Shown here: positions 23,321 through 31,478 of the stretch, one piece after another
How positions within the stretch are numbered: position 1 is the stretch's first letter
Layout: every line of letters begins with the position of its first letter
Assembly: GCF_001457595.1 (NCBI RefSeq)
Contig: NZ_LN831039.1
Coordinates: 1,230,001-1,262,000 of the forward strand
Direction: 5' to 3'
DNA length: 32,000 nucleotides
Origin: Mycolicibacterium smegmatis
Lineage (GTDB): Bacteria > Actinomycetota > Actinomycetes > Mycobacteriales > Mycobacteriaceae
Position numbers and translations under genes: made by a program
The notes under the pieces: generated by a model
What the model saw: only the letters and a program-made list of their open reading frames with translations
Databases searched by the model: none
What the model was told of the DNA's origin: nothing

Positions 23321-23830
23321 CTACGGGGCAATGTGTCGCCCACCCGGGACCTCCCGGCGGGCGCGCGTCACCGAGGAACGGGGTGGCCGTGAGCGCATGT
23401 GGTCGCGGGCGGCGGTCATCATGTCACCGAGGGCATCGACGTCGGCGGCGGACAGTCCGTCGAACAACAACTCGCGCACTACCTGTACGTGCCCCGGTAG
23501 GACCGCCGCCACGCGATCACGGCCTTTCCGGGTGATCTCGACGACCATCGCACGTTGATCATCGGTCGATGGGGTGCGCGTGATCAGGCCGGCCTTCTCG
23601 AGAAGGCCGGCCTGATGGGTCAGACCGCTGCGGCTGTACACCACGCCGTCGGCGAGATCGGTCATGGTGAGGCGTCCGGCGTCCGTGAGTTTCGCGAGAA
23701 TCTCGAACTGCACGTAGCTCAGGCCCCCATCCTCGCGAAGTTGGCGCTGAACGGCGAACTGCAGGAGGCTGACTGCTTCAGTGAGCGCGAAATACGCACG
23801 CAGCTCACGTGCGTCGAGAGAAGCCGGCAC
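23321..23830 (-). CDS. MarR family transcriptional regulator
   Basis: 169 aa, GTG start. Winged-helix pattern LSYVQFEILAKL..GRLTMTDLADGVVYSRSGLTHQAGLLEKAGLITR..DQRAMVVEITRKG. Confidence 0.85.
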   Translation of the reverse strand: MPASLDARELRAYFALTEAVSLLQFAVQRQLREDGGLSYVQFEILAKLTDAGRLTMTDLADGVVYSRSGLTHQAGLLEKAGLITRTPSTDDQRAMVVEITRKGRDRVAAVLPGHVQVVRELLFDGLSAADVDALGDMMTAARDHMRSRPPRSSVTRARREVPGGRHIAP

Positions 23831-23835
23831 GCTGA

Positions 23836-23859
23836 CAGCATATGCTGCGATGTCGAAGC
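23836..23859. promoter_or_regulatory. Operator candidates upstream of marR: palindrome CAGCATATGCTG overlapping a third copy of the GCTTCGA-NN-TCGAAGC motif
   Basis: 23836-23847 is a perfect 12-bp palindrome. 23844-23859 GCTGCGA-TG-TCGAAGC matches the 22294 and 22329 sites with one mismatch. The elements lie 6-29 nt upstream of GTG 23830. Confidence 0.55.
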
Positions 23860-23891
23860 AAGGGGTGTGCGTGCTGCACCGATGGCAGGGA

Positions 23892-25334
23892 CTACTTTTT
23901 GCTCAACCGTTCCAACGTGATCGGCAGCCCGTCGGCGGGTGTCGGCCCGGTGCCCCATGTCATGCGTGGCTGATACCCGGCGGGCACATGCCACCGGAAG
24001 TGCCGCAGCAGGTGCAGCATGATCGCCTTGACGTTCATGTTCGCGAACTGCTGGCCGATGCATTTGTGCGCACCGCCGCCGAACGGTGCGAACGCATACC
24101 GGTGGATGGCCGTGGCCGAGGAACCGGTGAGGAAGCGGGCCGGGTCGAACTGGTCGGGTTCGGGCCACCAGTCGGGCAGTCGCATGGACGCGTAGACGCC
24201 GATGGCCACCTGCGTCTTGCGGGGGATGAAGTGTCCGGCGACTTCGGTGTCGGTGAGGGTCTGGCGGAACAGCGTCCCGGCGGGTGCGTACATCCGCAGG
24301 CTCTCCTTGAACGCCGCATCCAGCAGGGGGTACGCGGAATCCAGGTCCTCCATGGTGATCTCACCCTGCGGGCCGGACCGAGCTTCGTCGCGTAATGCGT
24401 TCTGCCACCGGATGTTGCGCCCCAACTCGTAGACGAGCATCGAGATCGCGATGGCGCTGGTGTCATGTGCGGCCATCAGCAGGAAGATCATGTGGTTGAC
24501 GATGTCGGTGTCGCTGAAGCGCTCACCGTCGTCGCCGCGGCTTCGGCACAGCATCGAGAACAGATCGGTGCCGTCACCGTTCCGCCGAGCCGGCAGCTGA
24601 TCGGCGAAGTACCGTTCGAGCCGTCGCCGCGCCCGCAGGCCGCGTGACCACGTACCGCCGGGCACGTCCGCACGGATCATCGCCTGCCCGCCGCACACGG
24701 TGTCGTGGAAGTCCCGCGAGATCTGATCGGCCTCGGGACCGAGTTCCGCACCGATGAACACCTCGGCGGCCTGATCGAGCAGCAGATGCTTCACCGACGT
24801 GTAGAACGGAAACCGTTGTGCGGCAGGCCAGCTGCGTACCGTGCGATCGATGCCTGGACGCATCAGGTCCAGATAACCGTTCAGGGCGCTGCGTGTGAAG
24901 GCCTGCTGCATGATGCGCCTGTGATCGCGGTGCTCCTCGAAGTCGAGCAGCATGATCCCTCGGTGGAAGAACGGCCCGATCACCGGAGCCCAGCCCAGGG
25001 TGCTGGAGAACGCCTTGTCCTTGTTGATCCAGACCGTCTCGAGCGCTTCGGGGCCGAGTAGCAGCGCGACGCGGAAGCCGACACCGCCTGCCCAGGACAC
25101 CGGCCCGTAGCGCTCGTACCGTTCGCGGGCGAATGCCAGCGGTTCGACGAGCGTGCTCATGACGTGTCCGATGACCGGGAAGCCGTAGTTGCCTATCACC
25201 GGTTTGAGGCCGGAGTCCGGCGGCGGGGTGGCCAGTGCGTGCTCGCGGCTCGGGTACCTGGCGGTGAGCCCGGCGACCGCGGTCTGGAATCGCACCTTGG
25301 CATCGGCCGCGGCGTCCGCGGCCAGCATGGTCAT
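23892..25334 (-). CDS. Cytochrome P450 (CYP136-like)
   Basis: Heme-binding FAPFGGGAHKCIG and the I-helix LLMAAHDTS. GWAPVIGPFFHRGIMLLDFEEH resembles mycobacterial CYP136 as I recall it. Start set at ATG 25334 because the 36 upstream codons have low GC3. Confidence 0.85.
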   Translation of the reverse strand: MTMLAADAAADAKVRFQTAVAGLTARYPSREHALATPPPDSGLKPVIGNYGFPVIGHVMSTLVEPLAFARERYERYGPVSWAGGVGFRVALLLGPEALETVWINKDKAFSSTLGWAPVIGPFFHRGIMLLDFEEHRDHRRIMQQAFTRSALNGYLDLMRPGIDRTVRSWPAAQRFPFYTSVKHLLLDQAAEVFIGAELGPEADQISRDFHDTVCGGQAMIRADVPGGTWSRGLRARRRLERYFADQLPARRNGDGTDLFSMLCRSRGDDGERFSDTDIVNHMIFLLMAAHDTSAIAISMLVYELGRNIRWQNALRDEARSGPQGEITMEDLDSAYPLLDAAFKESLRMYAPAGTLFRQTLTDTEVAGHFIPRKTQVAIGVYASMRLPDWWPEPDQFDPARFLTGSSATAIHRYAFAPFGGGAHKCIGQQFANMNVKAIMLHLLRHFRWHVPAGYQPRMTWGTGPTPADGLPITLERLSKK

Positions 25335-25478
25335 CGCCCGACCCGATCGCGCAGCGTGGCTTTCGTCGAATCCATCAGACGCCTTCCCGTCAATGTGGTA
25401 CGGAATAGTGCCAGATAGCCTGAACGTGCCAGATGGCAACAACGGCTGTCAAGGGTTTGCGGTGATCGAGAGGGACCT

Positions 25479-26135
25479 GTGTCGCAGCGCAGTTACGCCG
25501 GCCAGTCGGCCGAGGAGCGTCGCCGGACGCGACGTACCCGCCTGCTCGACGCCGCCATGGATGCCATGTGCGACAACGCCTGGCGCGCCGTCACCGTCGA
25601 CAAGCTGTGCGCCTCGGCGGGGCTGAACAAGCGCTACTTCTACGAGAACTTCACCGATCTCGATGCGGTCGCCGCCGCCGCGGTCGACGCCATCGCCGCC
25701 GACGTCCGCACCGCGACGCTCTGCGCGCTGGCCGACTCGGCCGATCGACCCGTCGACGAGCAGGCTCAGGCGGCCATGGGTACGCTCGTGCACACTCTCG
25801 TCGACGATCCCCGCCGCGCCCGCGTACTTCTCGGCGGTGTCACGGGTTCGCCCGCATTGCAGCAACATCGGGAAACCGTCATGCGCGGGCTCACCAGGGT
25901 TCTGGTCACCCACGCCCGCGCCGCGCACGGCGTCGAACTCGAAGCCGATCCGCTGGCGCAGGTCACCCCAGCGTTCCTGGTGGGAGGTACCGCCGACGCG
26001 ATTCTGGCGTTCGTCGACGGCAGGGCCAAGGTCTCCCGCGAGCAACTCGTCGACAGCCTCACCACGCTGTGGCTCATGGCCGGCAACGGTGCAGCTGATA
26101 TCGCGCGGACGCGGCGCGCCTGTGATGTGACGTGA
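25479..26135 (+). CDS. TetR family transcriptional regulator
   Basis: 218 aa, divergent from the P450 gene. N-terminal HTH RTRLLDAAMDAM..W..VTVDKLCASAGLNKRYFYENF. Confidence 0.85.
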   Translation: MSQRSYAGQSAEERRRTRRTRLLDAAMDAMCDNAWRAVTVDKLCASAGLNKRYFYENFTDLDAVAAAAVDAIAADVRTATLCALADSADRPVDEQAQAAMGTLVHTLVDDPRRARVLLGGVTGSPALQQHRETVMRGLTRVLVTHARAAHGVELEADPLAQVTPAFLVGGTADAILAFVDGRAKVSREQLVDSLTTLWLMAGNGAADIARTRRACDVT

Positions 26136-26241
26136 AATGTGTTGACAATCGGGGCGATGTCGACCACGTTCGAAGTGAACCGCGCTGTCGAAAGGCTGTA
26201 ATGAGCGGACCGCTCCTGTTGCTGCGCAACATGATTGGCGA

Positions 26242-27435
26242 ATGACGCCGCCCGCAGCAGACACCGGACCCGGCTTGCGCTGGGTCCTGATCACGCTGTG
26301 CGTCACCGAGATCACCAGCTGGGGTGTGCTCTACTACGCCTTCTCGGTGCTGTCCGCGACAATCAGCCGTGACACCGGGTGGTCGGCCCCCGCTGTGACC
26401 GGGGCGTTCTCGGCAGGTTTGGTGACCAGCGCCCTGATGGGCATCGTGGTGGGCCGGTGGCTCGACCGCTACGGGCCGCGCTGGATCATGACCATCGGCT
26501 CTGTGTTGGGTGTGGTGTCGGTGGTCACGATCGTCGCCGCGCCGAATTACGCGTGGTTCGTGGCTGGTTGGATCCTGGCCGGGTTCGCGATGAGCGGCGT
26601 GTTCTACGCGCCGGCCTTCGCCGCGCTGACACGCTATTTCGCGCCGAACGCTGTGCGCGCGTTGACGGTACTGACCTTGGTGGCCGGGCTGTCCAGCACG
26701 GTGTTCGCGCCGCTGACCGCCGCCTTGGAGTCTCATCTGACGTGGCGCCAAACCTATCTGGTGCTTGCCGCGCTGCTCGCAGTCATCACGATCCCCGCGC
26801 ATCTATTCGGGCTGCGACGGCCATGGCCACCGGTCGAGCACCATCACAACGTCGAGGCCCCGACGCGGACCGCACGAAGTGCACCGTTCATCGCGTTGAT
26901 GGTGTCGTTCGCCCTGGCGGCGCTGGCCTCCTATGCCGTCATCGTCAACCTGGTGCCGCTGATGGTGCAACGCGGTTTCAGTACGAGCGCGGCCGCCGTC
27001 GCGCTCGGACTGGGTGGGGCGGGTCAGGTGCTCGGCAGGCTGGGCTATCAGTCGATGTCGCGGCGGATCGGTGTCGTCCCGCGCACCGTGCTCATCATGG
27101 CCGCCGTCGCGGCCACCACGGCACTGCTCGGGGTGCTCACAACATTGGCGGCGCTGATTGTCGCCTCGATCGTCGCGGGCATGGCCCGCGGCATCATGAC
27201 GCTACTGCAGGCCACCGCCGTCACAGACCGCTGGGGCGCAACACATTACGGGCATCTCAGCGGCATGTTGTTGGCGCCGATCATGATCACCACAGCACTC
27301 GGCCCGTTCGTCGGTGCCGCGCTGGCCGACCTGTTGCACGGTTACGACAAGATGTTCCTGGTGCTCGGGGTGATCGCCGCGGTCGCCGCCGCCTTGGCCG
27401 TAGCCACGGGAGTGCGGCCGGCGGTGAGTCGGTAG
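26242..27435 (+). CDS. MFS transporter
   Basis: 397 aa with about 12 hydrophobic segments. The GRWLDRYGPR loop motif between TM2 and TM3 is typical of the MFS. Confidence 0.85.
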   Translation: MTPPAADTGPGLRWVLITLCVTEITSWGVLYYAFSVLSATISRDTGWSAPAVTGAFSAGLVTSALMGIVVGRWLDRYGPRWIMTIGSVLGVVSVVTIVAAPNYAWFVAGWILAGFAMSGVFYAPAFAALTRYFAPNAVRALTVLTLVAGLSSTVFAPLTAALESHLTWRQTYLVLAALLAVITIPAHLFGLRRPWPPVEHHHNVEAPTRTARSAPFIALMVSFALAALASYAVIVNLVPLMVQRGFSTSAAAVALGLGGAGQVLGRLGYQSMSRRIGVVPRTVLIMAAVAATTALLGVLTTLAALIVASIVAGMARGIMTLLQATAVTDRWGATHYGHLSGMLLAPIMITTALGPFVGAALADLLHGYDKMFLVLGVIAAVAAALAVATGVRPAVSR

Positions 27436-27469
27436 ATCTGGACTCAGTGGGCCACCTCGCGAAGACCGG

Positions 27470-28546
27470 TCATGGCATGAGTTTCTCGGGTCGGCTGAAC
27501 CGTTTGCGCAGGGCCAGTGAGACATAGACCAGCGCGACGAGGACCGGCACCTCGATGAGAGGGCCGACGACTCCGGCGAGGGCTTGGCCGGAGGTGGCGC
27601 CGTAGGTCGCGATGGCGACGGCGATGGCGAGTTCGAAGTTGTTGCCCGCCGCGGTGAAAGCCAGTGTGGTGGTGCGTTCGTAGTTCAGGCCCAGCATCGC
27701 GCCCAGCAGGTATCCGCCACCCCACATGATCGCGAAGTAGGCCAACAGGGGCAGCGCAATGCGGACGACGTCCAGCGGCCGGCTGGTGATCTGTTCACCC
27801 TGCAGGGCAAAGAGAACCACGATGGTGAACAGCAACCCGTAGAGCGCCCACGGTCCGACCCGCGGCAGGAATTTCGACTCGTACCATTCGCGACCTCGGG
27901 ACTTCTCGCCAATCCGGCGCGACAGATAGCCGGCCGCCAAAGGGATGCCGAGGAAGATGAGCACCGATTTCGCGATCTGCCACGGCGAGGTGGTGATGGT
28001 GGCTTGCTCCAATCCGAGCCACCCTGGCAGCACCGATAGATAGAACCAACCCAGCACCGCGAACATGACGACCTGGAAGATCGAGTTCAACGCGACCAGG
28101 ACGGCGGCCGCTTCGCGGTCCCCGCAGGCCAGGTCGTTCCAGATGATGACCATCGCGATGCAGCGGGCCAGGCCGACGATGATCAGCCCGGTGCGGTACT
28201 CAGGCAGGTCGGGCAGTAGCAGCCAGGCCAGCGTGAACATGAGTGCTGGGCCCAGCACCCAGTTCAGGATGAGCGAGGACCCGAGCAGTTTGCGGTCCCC
28301 GGTGACGGTGTCGAGGCGGTCGTAGCGGACCTTGGCCAGCACCGGATACATCATGATCAGCAGACCCAGAGCGATCGGCAGCGAGATCCCGTCGACCTGG
28401 ATCCCTTCCAGCGCGATGTTCAGGCCGGGGATCCACCGCCCGAGGAGCAGTCCGGCCGCCATCGCGGCACCGATCCAGACCGGTAGGAACCGGTCCAGCG
28501 TGGACAGCTTGCCGACGACTGTGGCTGTGGTGCTGGTCGTGGTCAT
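27470..28546 (-). CDS. acr3: Arsenite efflux permease, ACR3 family
   Basis: Start ATG 28546 overlaps the arsR stop (ATGA). LSTLDRFLPVWI, ARCIAMV and ELAIAVAI are ACR3-type motifs. The upstream track extension is Arg-rich junk. Confidence 0.9.
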   Translation of the reverse strand: MTTTSTTATVVGKLSTLDRFLPVWIGAAMAAGLLLGRWIPGLNIALEGIQVDGISLPIALGLLIMMYPVLAKVRYDRLDTVTGDRKLLGSSLILNWVLGPALMFTLAWLLLPDLPEYRTGLIIVGLARCIAMVIIWNDLACGDREAAAVLVALNSIFQVVMFAVLGWFYLSVLPGWLGLEQATITTSPWQIAKSVLIFLGIPLAAGYLSRRIGEKSRGREWYESKFLPRVGPWALYGLLFTIVVLFALQGEQITSRPLDVVRIALPLLAYFAIMWGGGYLLGAMLGLNYERTTTLAFTAAGNNFELAIAVAIATYGATSGQALAGVVGPLIEVPVLVALVYVSLALRKRFSRPEKLMP

Positions 28547-28914
28547 GCGGTGACCTCGGCGCGGAGATCGGCACCAAGCAGCACGGCGAGGATTGCCAGA
28601 GCGTCGGGGACGACGGCGTAGTAGACCCACGACGCGCGGCGCTGCGAGGTGAGCAGACCTGCGTCGCGCAGCACTTTCAGGTGGTGCGACACGGTCGGCT
28701 GCGACACCTCCACACCGGCGGAGATGTCGCAGACGCAGGCCTCGCTGCCTTCGCGGCTCGCGATCGCGGAGAACAGTTGCAGGCGAACCGGATCGGCGAG
28801 GGCCTTGAGTTTCACTGCCATCTCGGCGGCCTGCGCCGCCGACAGCGGTTCACGCAGCAGTGCGCCCGATGGACAGCACGCGGCCGGATCGGGCTCTGAG
28901 GTCTGATTCGACAC
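28543..28914 (-). CDS. arsR: ArsR family metalloregulator (As(III)-type CVCD site)
   Basis: 123 aa, GTG start. LKALADPVRLQLF..ACVCDI..QPTVSHHLKVLRDAGLL is the classic ArsR/SmtB HTH with the ELCVCDL-like motif, plus an N-terminal CC pair. Translationally coupled to acr3. Confidence 0.9.
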   Translation of the reverse strand: MSNQTSEPDPAACCPSGALLREPLSAAQAAEMAVKLKALADPVRLQLFSAIASREGSEACVCDISAGVEVSQPTVSHHLKVLRDAGLLTSQRRASWVYYAVVPDALAILAVLLGADLRAEVTA

Positions 28915-28916
28915 TC

Positions 28917-28938
28917 ATCGATATTGGCATATATCGAT
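28917..28938. promoter_or_regulatory. Inverted repeat ATCGATAT-N6-ATATCGAT abutting the arsR start (operator candidate)
   Basis: Perfect 8-bp arms 3 nt upstream of GTG 28914, which implies a leaderless or very short-leader transcript. Contains TCGATATATG on the minus strand. Confidence 0.55.
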
Positions 28939-28992
28939 ATCACGATTCAGGCCGGGGCGTGGCTTGCGGTGGCCATGCCCCGGTCTCGCCGA

Positions 28993-29457
28993 TCAGCAGC
29001 AGGCAGACTCTGTAGACGTCTCGTCGCGCTGAGCGCCGCAGCACACGCCCTCGGCACTGTCGGCGGAGTGCTGCGGGCTCACGCCGAATGTGTCGGAATC
29101 GGCGAGGACCGTGTAGACCTCCCATTTCTCGCCGGCCGGTCCGGTCACCCACACCTTGTCCTGCGTCGCAAAGCAGCAGGTGGTGCCGATTTCCTCGTCG
29201 GTGAACAGCCCCTCGCCGGTGAGGCGGGCGATCTCGGCGTGAACCGTCTCGCTGGACTCCACCTCGACGCCCAGGTGGTTGATGCTGCCGCCCTTGCCGG
29301 GGTTCTCCAGCAACACCAGCTTCAGTGGGGGTTCGGTGATCGCGAAGTTTGCGTAGCCGGGCTTGACCTTGGCCGGCTCGACGCCGAACAACTTCCGGTA
29401 GAAGGTGATCGATTCGTCGAGATTGTCGACGTTGAGTGCGAGTTGAACACGGGACAT
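28993..29457 (-). CDS. cadI: CadI/ArsI family glyoxalase-fold metal(loid) resistance protein
   Basis: ATG 29457 follows an AGGAGG SD. VOC-fold pattern (HLGVEV), the vicinal TTCCFA cysteines and a Cys-rich C-terminal tail are as in CadI/ArsI proteins. Confidence 0.8.
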   Translation of the reverse strand: MSRVQLALNVDNLDESITFYRKLFGVEPAKVKPGYANFAITEPPLKLVLLENPGKGGSINHLGVEVESSETVHAEIARLTGEGLFTDEEIGTTCCFATQDKVWVTGPAGEKWEVYTVLADSDTFGVSPQHSADSAEGVCCGAQRDETSTESACC

Positions 29458-29477
29458 GAGGCGACCTCCTTGACTAT

Positions 29478-29536
29478 TTCGACATATGTCGAACACTTAT
29501 GCTGCCAAGAATGCCACCTTTTCGATATATGTCAAT
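29478..29536. promoter_or_regulatory. Two related palindromic boxes in the cadI / arsR divergent intergenic region
   Basis: 29478-29493 TTCGACATATGTCGAA is a perfect 16-bp palindrome. 29521-29536 TTCGATATATGTCAAT matches it at 13 of 16 positions. Spacing is 43 bp. Confidence 0.6.
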
Positions 29537-29557
29537 ATCCGTGGCTAGAATGGAGGC

Positions 29558-29917
29558 ATGCCCAAAGCGCTGCCCGTCATCGACACCTCCGGCCCGGTCT
29601 GCTGCGCCCCCGTCGCGGCCGGTCCCATGAGCGATGACGACGCGCTCAGCGTGGCCCTTCGCCTCAAGGCCCTCGCCGACCCGGCGCGGGTCAAGCTGAT
29701 GTCGTATCTCTTCTCGTCGTCGGCGGGAGAGGAGAACAGCGGCGACCTGGCAGCGGCCCTGGGGCTCACGGAGTCGACGGTCAGTCATCACCTCGCGCAA
29801 CTGCGAAAGGCGGGCTTGGTGATCTCGGAGCGCCGCGGGATGCACGTGTTTCACCGCGCCCATCCGGAAGCGCTTCAGGCGCTGTGCGTGGTCCTGGATC
29901 CGAATTGCTGTCGCTAG
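29558..29917 (+). CDS. ArsR/SmtB family metalloregulator (second copy, Cys-rich N- and C-termini)
   Basis: 119 aa, GGAGG SD. LKALADPARVKLMSYL...STVSHHLAQLRKAGLV HTH. N-terminal VCCAP and C-terminal NCC suggest metal-binding sites. Divergent from cadI. Confidence 0.85.
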   Translation: MPKALPVIDTSGPVCCAPVAAGPMSDDDALSVALRLKALADPARVKLMSYLFSSSAGEENSGDLAAALGLTESTVSHHLAQLRKAGLVISERRGMHVFHRAHPEALQALCVVLDPNCCR

Positions 29918-29985
29918 ACGTGTGACCTGCTGATAGGTTGCTCGCTCAAGCGGCGGTACAACCGGGATCATGCGGGAGGCAAACA

Positions 29986-31470
29986 GTGGCGAGACGCGAC
30001 TTCAGGCGCGCGTGCGTGCCGGCATTCGTCGGAGGTGTCGCGCTGACCACCGCGCTCGGGGTGGGCGCGGTGGCGACGACGACACCGGGGACCGCGCACG
30101 TGGCCTCCGGCGTCGGCCTCAAGGCGCTCATCACCCACGGCAGCGCCACCAACTGGAACGCCGACGGCATCGACAAGTTCTACGGCCTCGACTGGAACGA
30201 GAAATACGGGCCGACGGTGGTGTCGCAGTTCTCGCTGTTCCCGTACAACGTCAACCCCGACAACCTCAAGGCCGCGCTGCGCAACAACGTCGGCGATCCC
30301 GAGCCCGACCTGGTGCTCACCTCAGGGCGGGGTTCCGGGGCCGCCACGGTCACGATGCTCCTGCTGCTCAACAGCGGCAGACCCGAGGACCGCGAGTTGG
30401 TGCTCAACACCCGCTGGATCCTGGACAACAGCGTCAACCGGCCCAACGGCGGCTACGGGTCGAGGTACATCCCGTTCAGCATCCTGGGTGTCTACCCATG
30501 GCCGACGCCGACCGACGAGGGCGTCGACATCGTCGACGTCGGCTATGAGTACGCGTGGAACTCGAGTGCCCCGGCGTACGTGACCAACGTTGTCGCGCTA
30601 CTGAATTCGATCATCGCCTACGCCTACCGGTACAAGTCGCAGGCATTCACGGGCCTGCCGGTGGATCCTGCGCTCGGCATCGATCCGGTCACCGGTGAGC
30701 CGAAACTTGAGAAGGGCTACCACTACATCGTCGAGGTCGACGGCACCGTGACCAAGGTGCCGCTGAGCACCCTGGGCAACACCAACACCGCCTACGTGAC
30801 CTACCGGGCCGACGGTCTGCCGATGCTGCAGCCGCTGCGCGACGTCGGCGGTCGGTTCGGCAACGCGGTCGCCGACCTGCTGCAACCGGCGCTCAAGGTC
30901 ATCGTCGACGCGTCCTATCCCGGCGGTGACCCCGTGGCCAACCCGGACCGCTACATCACGGCGAGCCTCTTCACCCCGCCCGACGTGGCGATCAAGGCAA
31001 TCCAGAAATTGCCGTCAGCCATTGCGCAGGGCGTCGAGGACTTCAAGAAGGACGTGGGGCTCACCACGACGAAGGCACCCGCAGTCGAGGAACGCGACGC
31101 CGAACCGAAATCTGTTGAGGAACAAGTCGCTCCGCGGCAGGATGACGACACGGCGAAGGCTCTCGGCGCCACTGTCGCGGTGTCGTCGAAACCTGCCGCG
31201 GAATCCGAAGAGCCGTCGATCAAGAGCGTCACCGAATCCGGCGCCGTCAAAAACGTCACGGTCACCAAGAAGGACACCAAGAAGGCGGCAGACAAACGCG
31301 TCCGTCCGCGTCCGCTCCGCAAGCTCGTCGAGAACGTCACGAAGGCGTTGACGCCCAAGGCCACCCGGCCCGCCAAGACGTCGAAGCCCGCTACGAGCAC
31401 CGATTCCAACGGTGCGTCAGCGGGCCAATCCGACTCCGGTGACGCGAAGTCCGGCGACTCCGACTCCTGA
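29986..31470 (+). CDS. Secreted PE-PPE-domain-like (alpha/beta-hydrolase-fold family) protein with long Lys/Ser/Thr/Pro-rich disordered tail
   Basis: GTG 29986 follows a GGGAGG SD. N-terminal RRDFRRA plus a hydrophobic stretch looks like a Tat/Sec signal. NRPNGGYGSRY and VGYEYAWNSSAPAY blocks resemble PE-PPE domain proteins as I recall them. The last ~130 aa are low complexity. Confidence 0.6.
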   Translation: MARRDFRRACVPAFVGGVALTTALGVGAVATTTPGTAHVASGVGLKALITHGSATNWNADGIDKFYGLDWNEKYGPTVVSQFSLFPYNVNPDNLKAALRNNVGDPEPDLVLTSGRGSGAATVTMLLLLNSGRPEDRELVLNTRWILDNSVNRPNGGYGSRYIPFSILGVYPWPTPTDEGVDIVDVGYEYAWNSSAPAYVTNVVALLNSIIAYAYRYKSQAFTGLPVDPALGIDPVTGEPKLEKGYHYIVEVDGTVTKVPLSTLGNTNTAYVTYRADGLPMLQPLRDVGGRFGNAVADLLQPALKVIVDASYPGGDPVANPDRYITASLFTPPDVAIKAIQKLPSAIAQGVEDFKKDVGLTTTKAPAVEERDAEPKSVEEQVAPRQDDDTAKALGATVAVSSKPAAESEEPSIKSVTESGAVKNVTVTKKDTKKAADKRVRPRPLRKLVENVTKALTPKATRPAKTSKPATSTDSNGASAGQSDSGDAKSGDSDS

Positions 31471-31478
31471 CGGCAGGC

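Noticed and set aside
25335-25442. 36-codon N-terminal extension of the P450
   Set aside because: Third-codon positions are A/T-rich, unlike the rest of the gene. The extension would remove the divergent promoter region shared with the TetR gene.
26142-26170. TTGACA hexamer upstream of the MFS gene as a sigma-70-type promoter
   Set aside because: The hexamer at 17-bp spacing is CACGTT, a poor -10 element. The evidence is insufficient to call a promoter.
28547-28630. Arg-rich N-terminal extension of ACR3, which overlaps arsR by 88 nt
   Set aside because: ATG 28546 forms an ATGA overlap with the arsR stop and yields the typical ACR3 N-terminus (MTTTS…LSTLDRFLPVWI).
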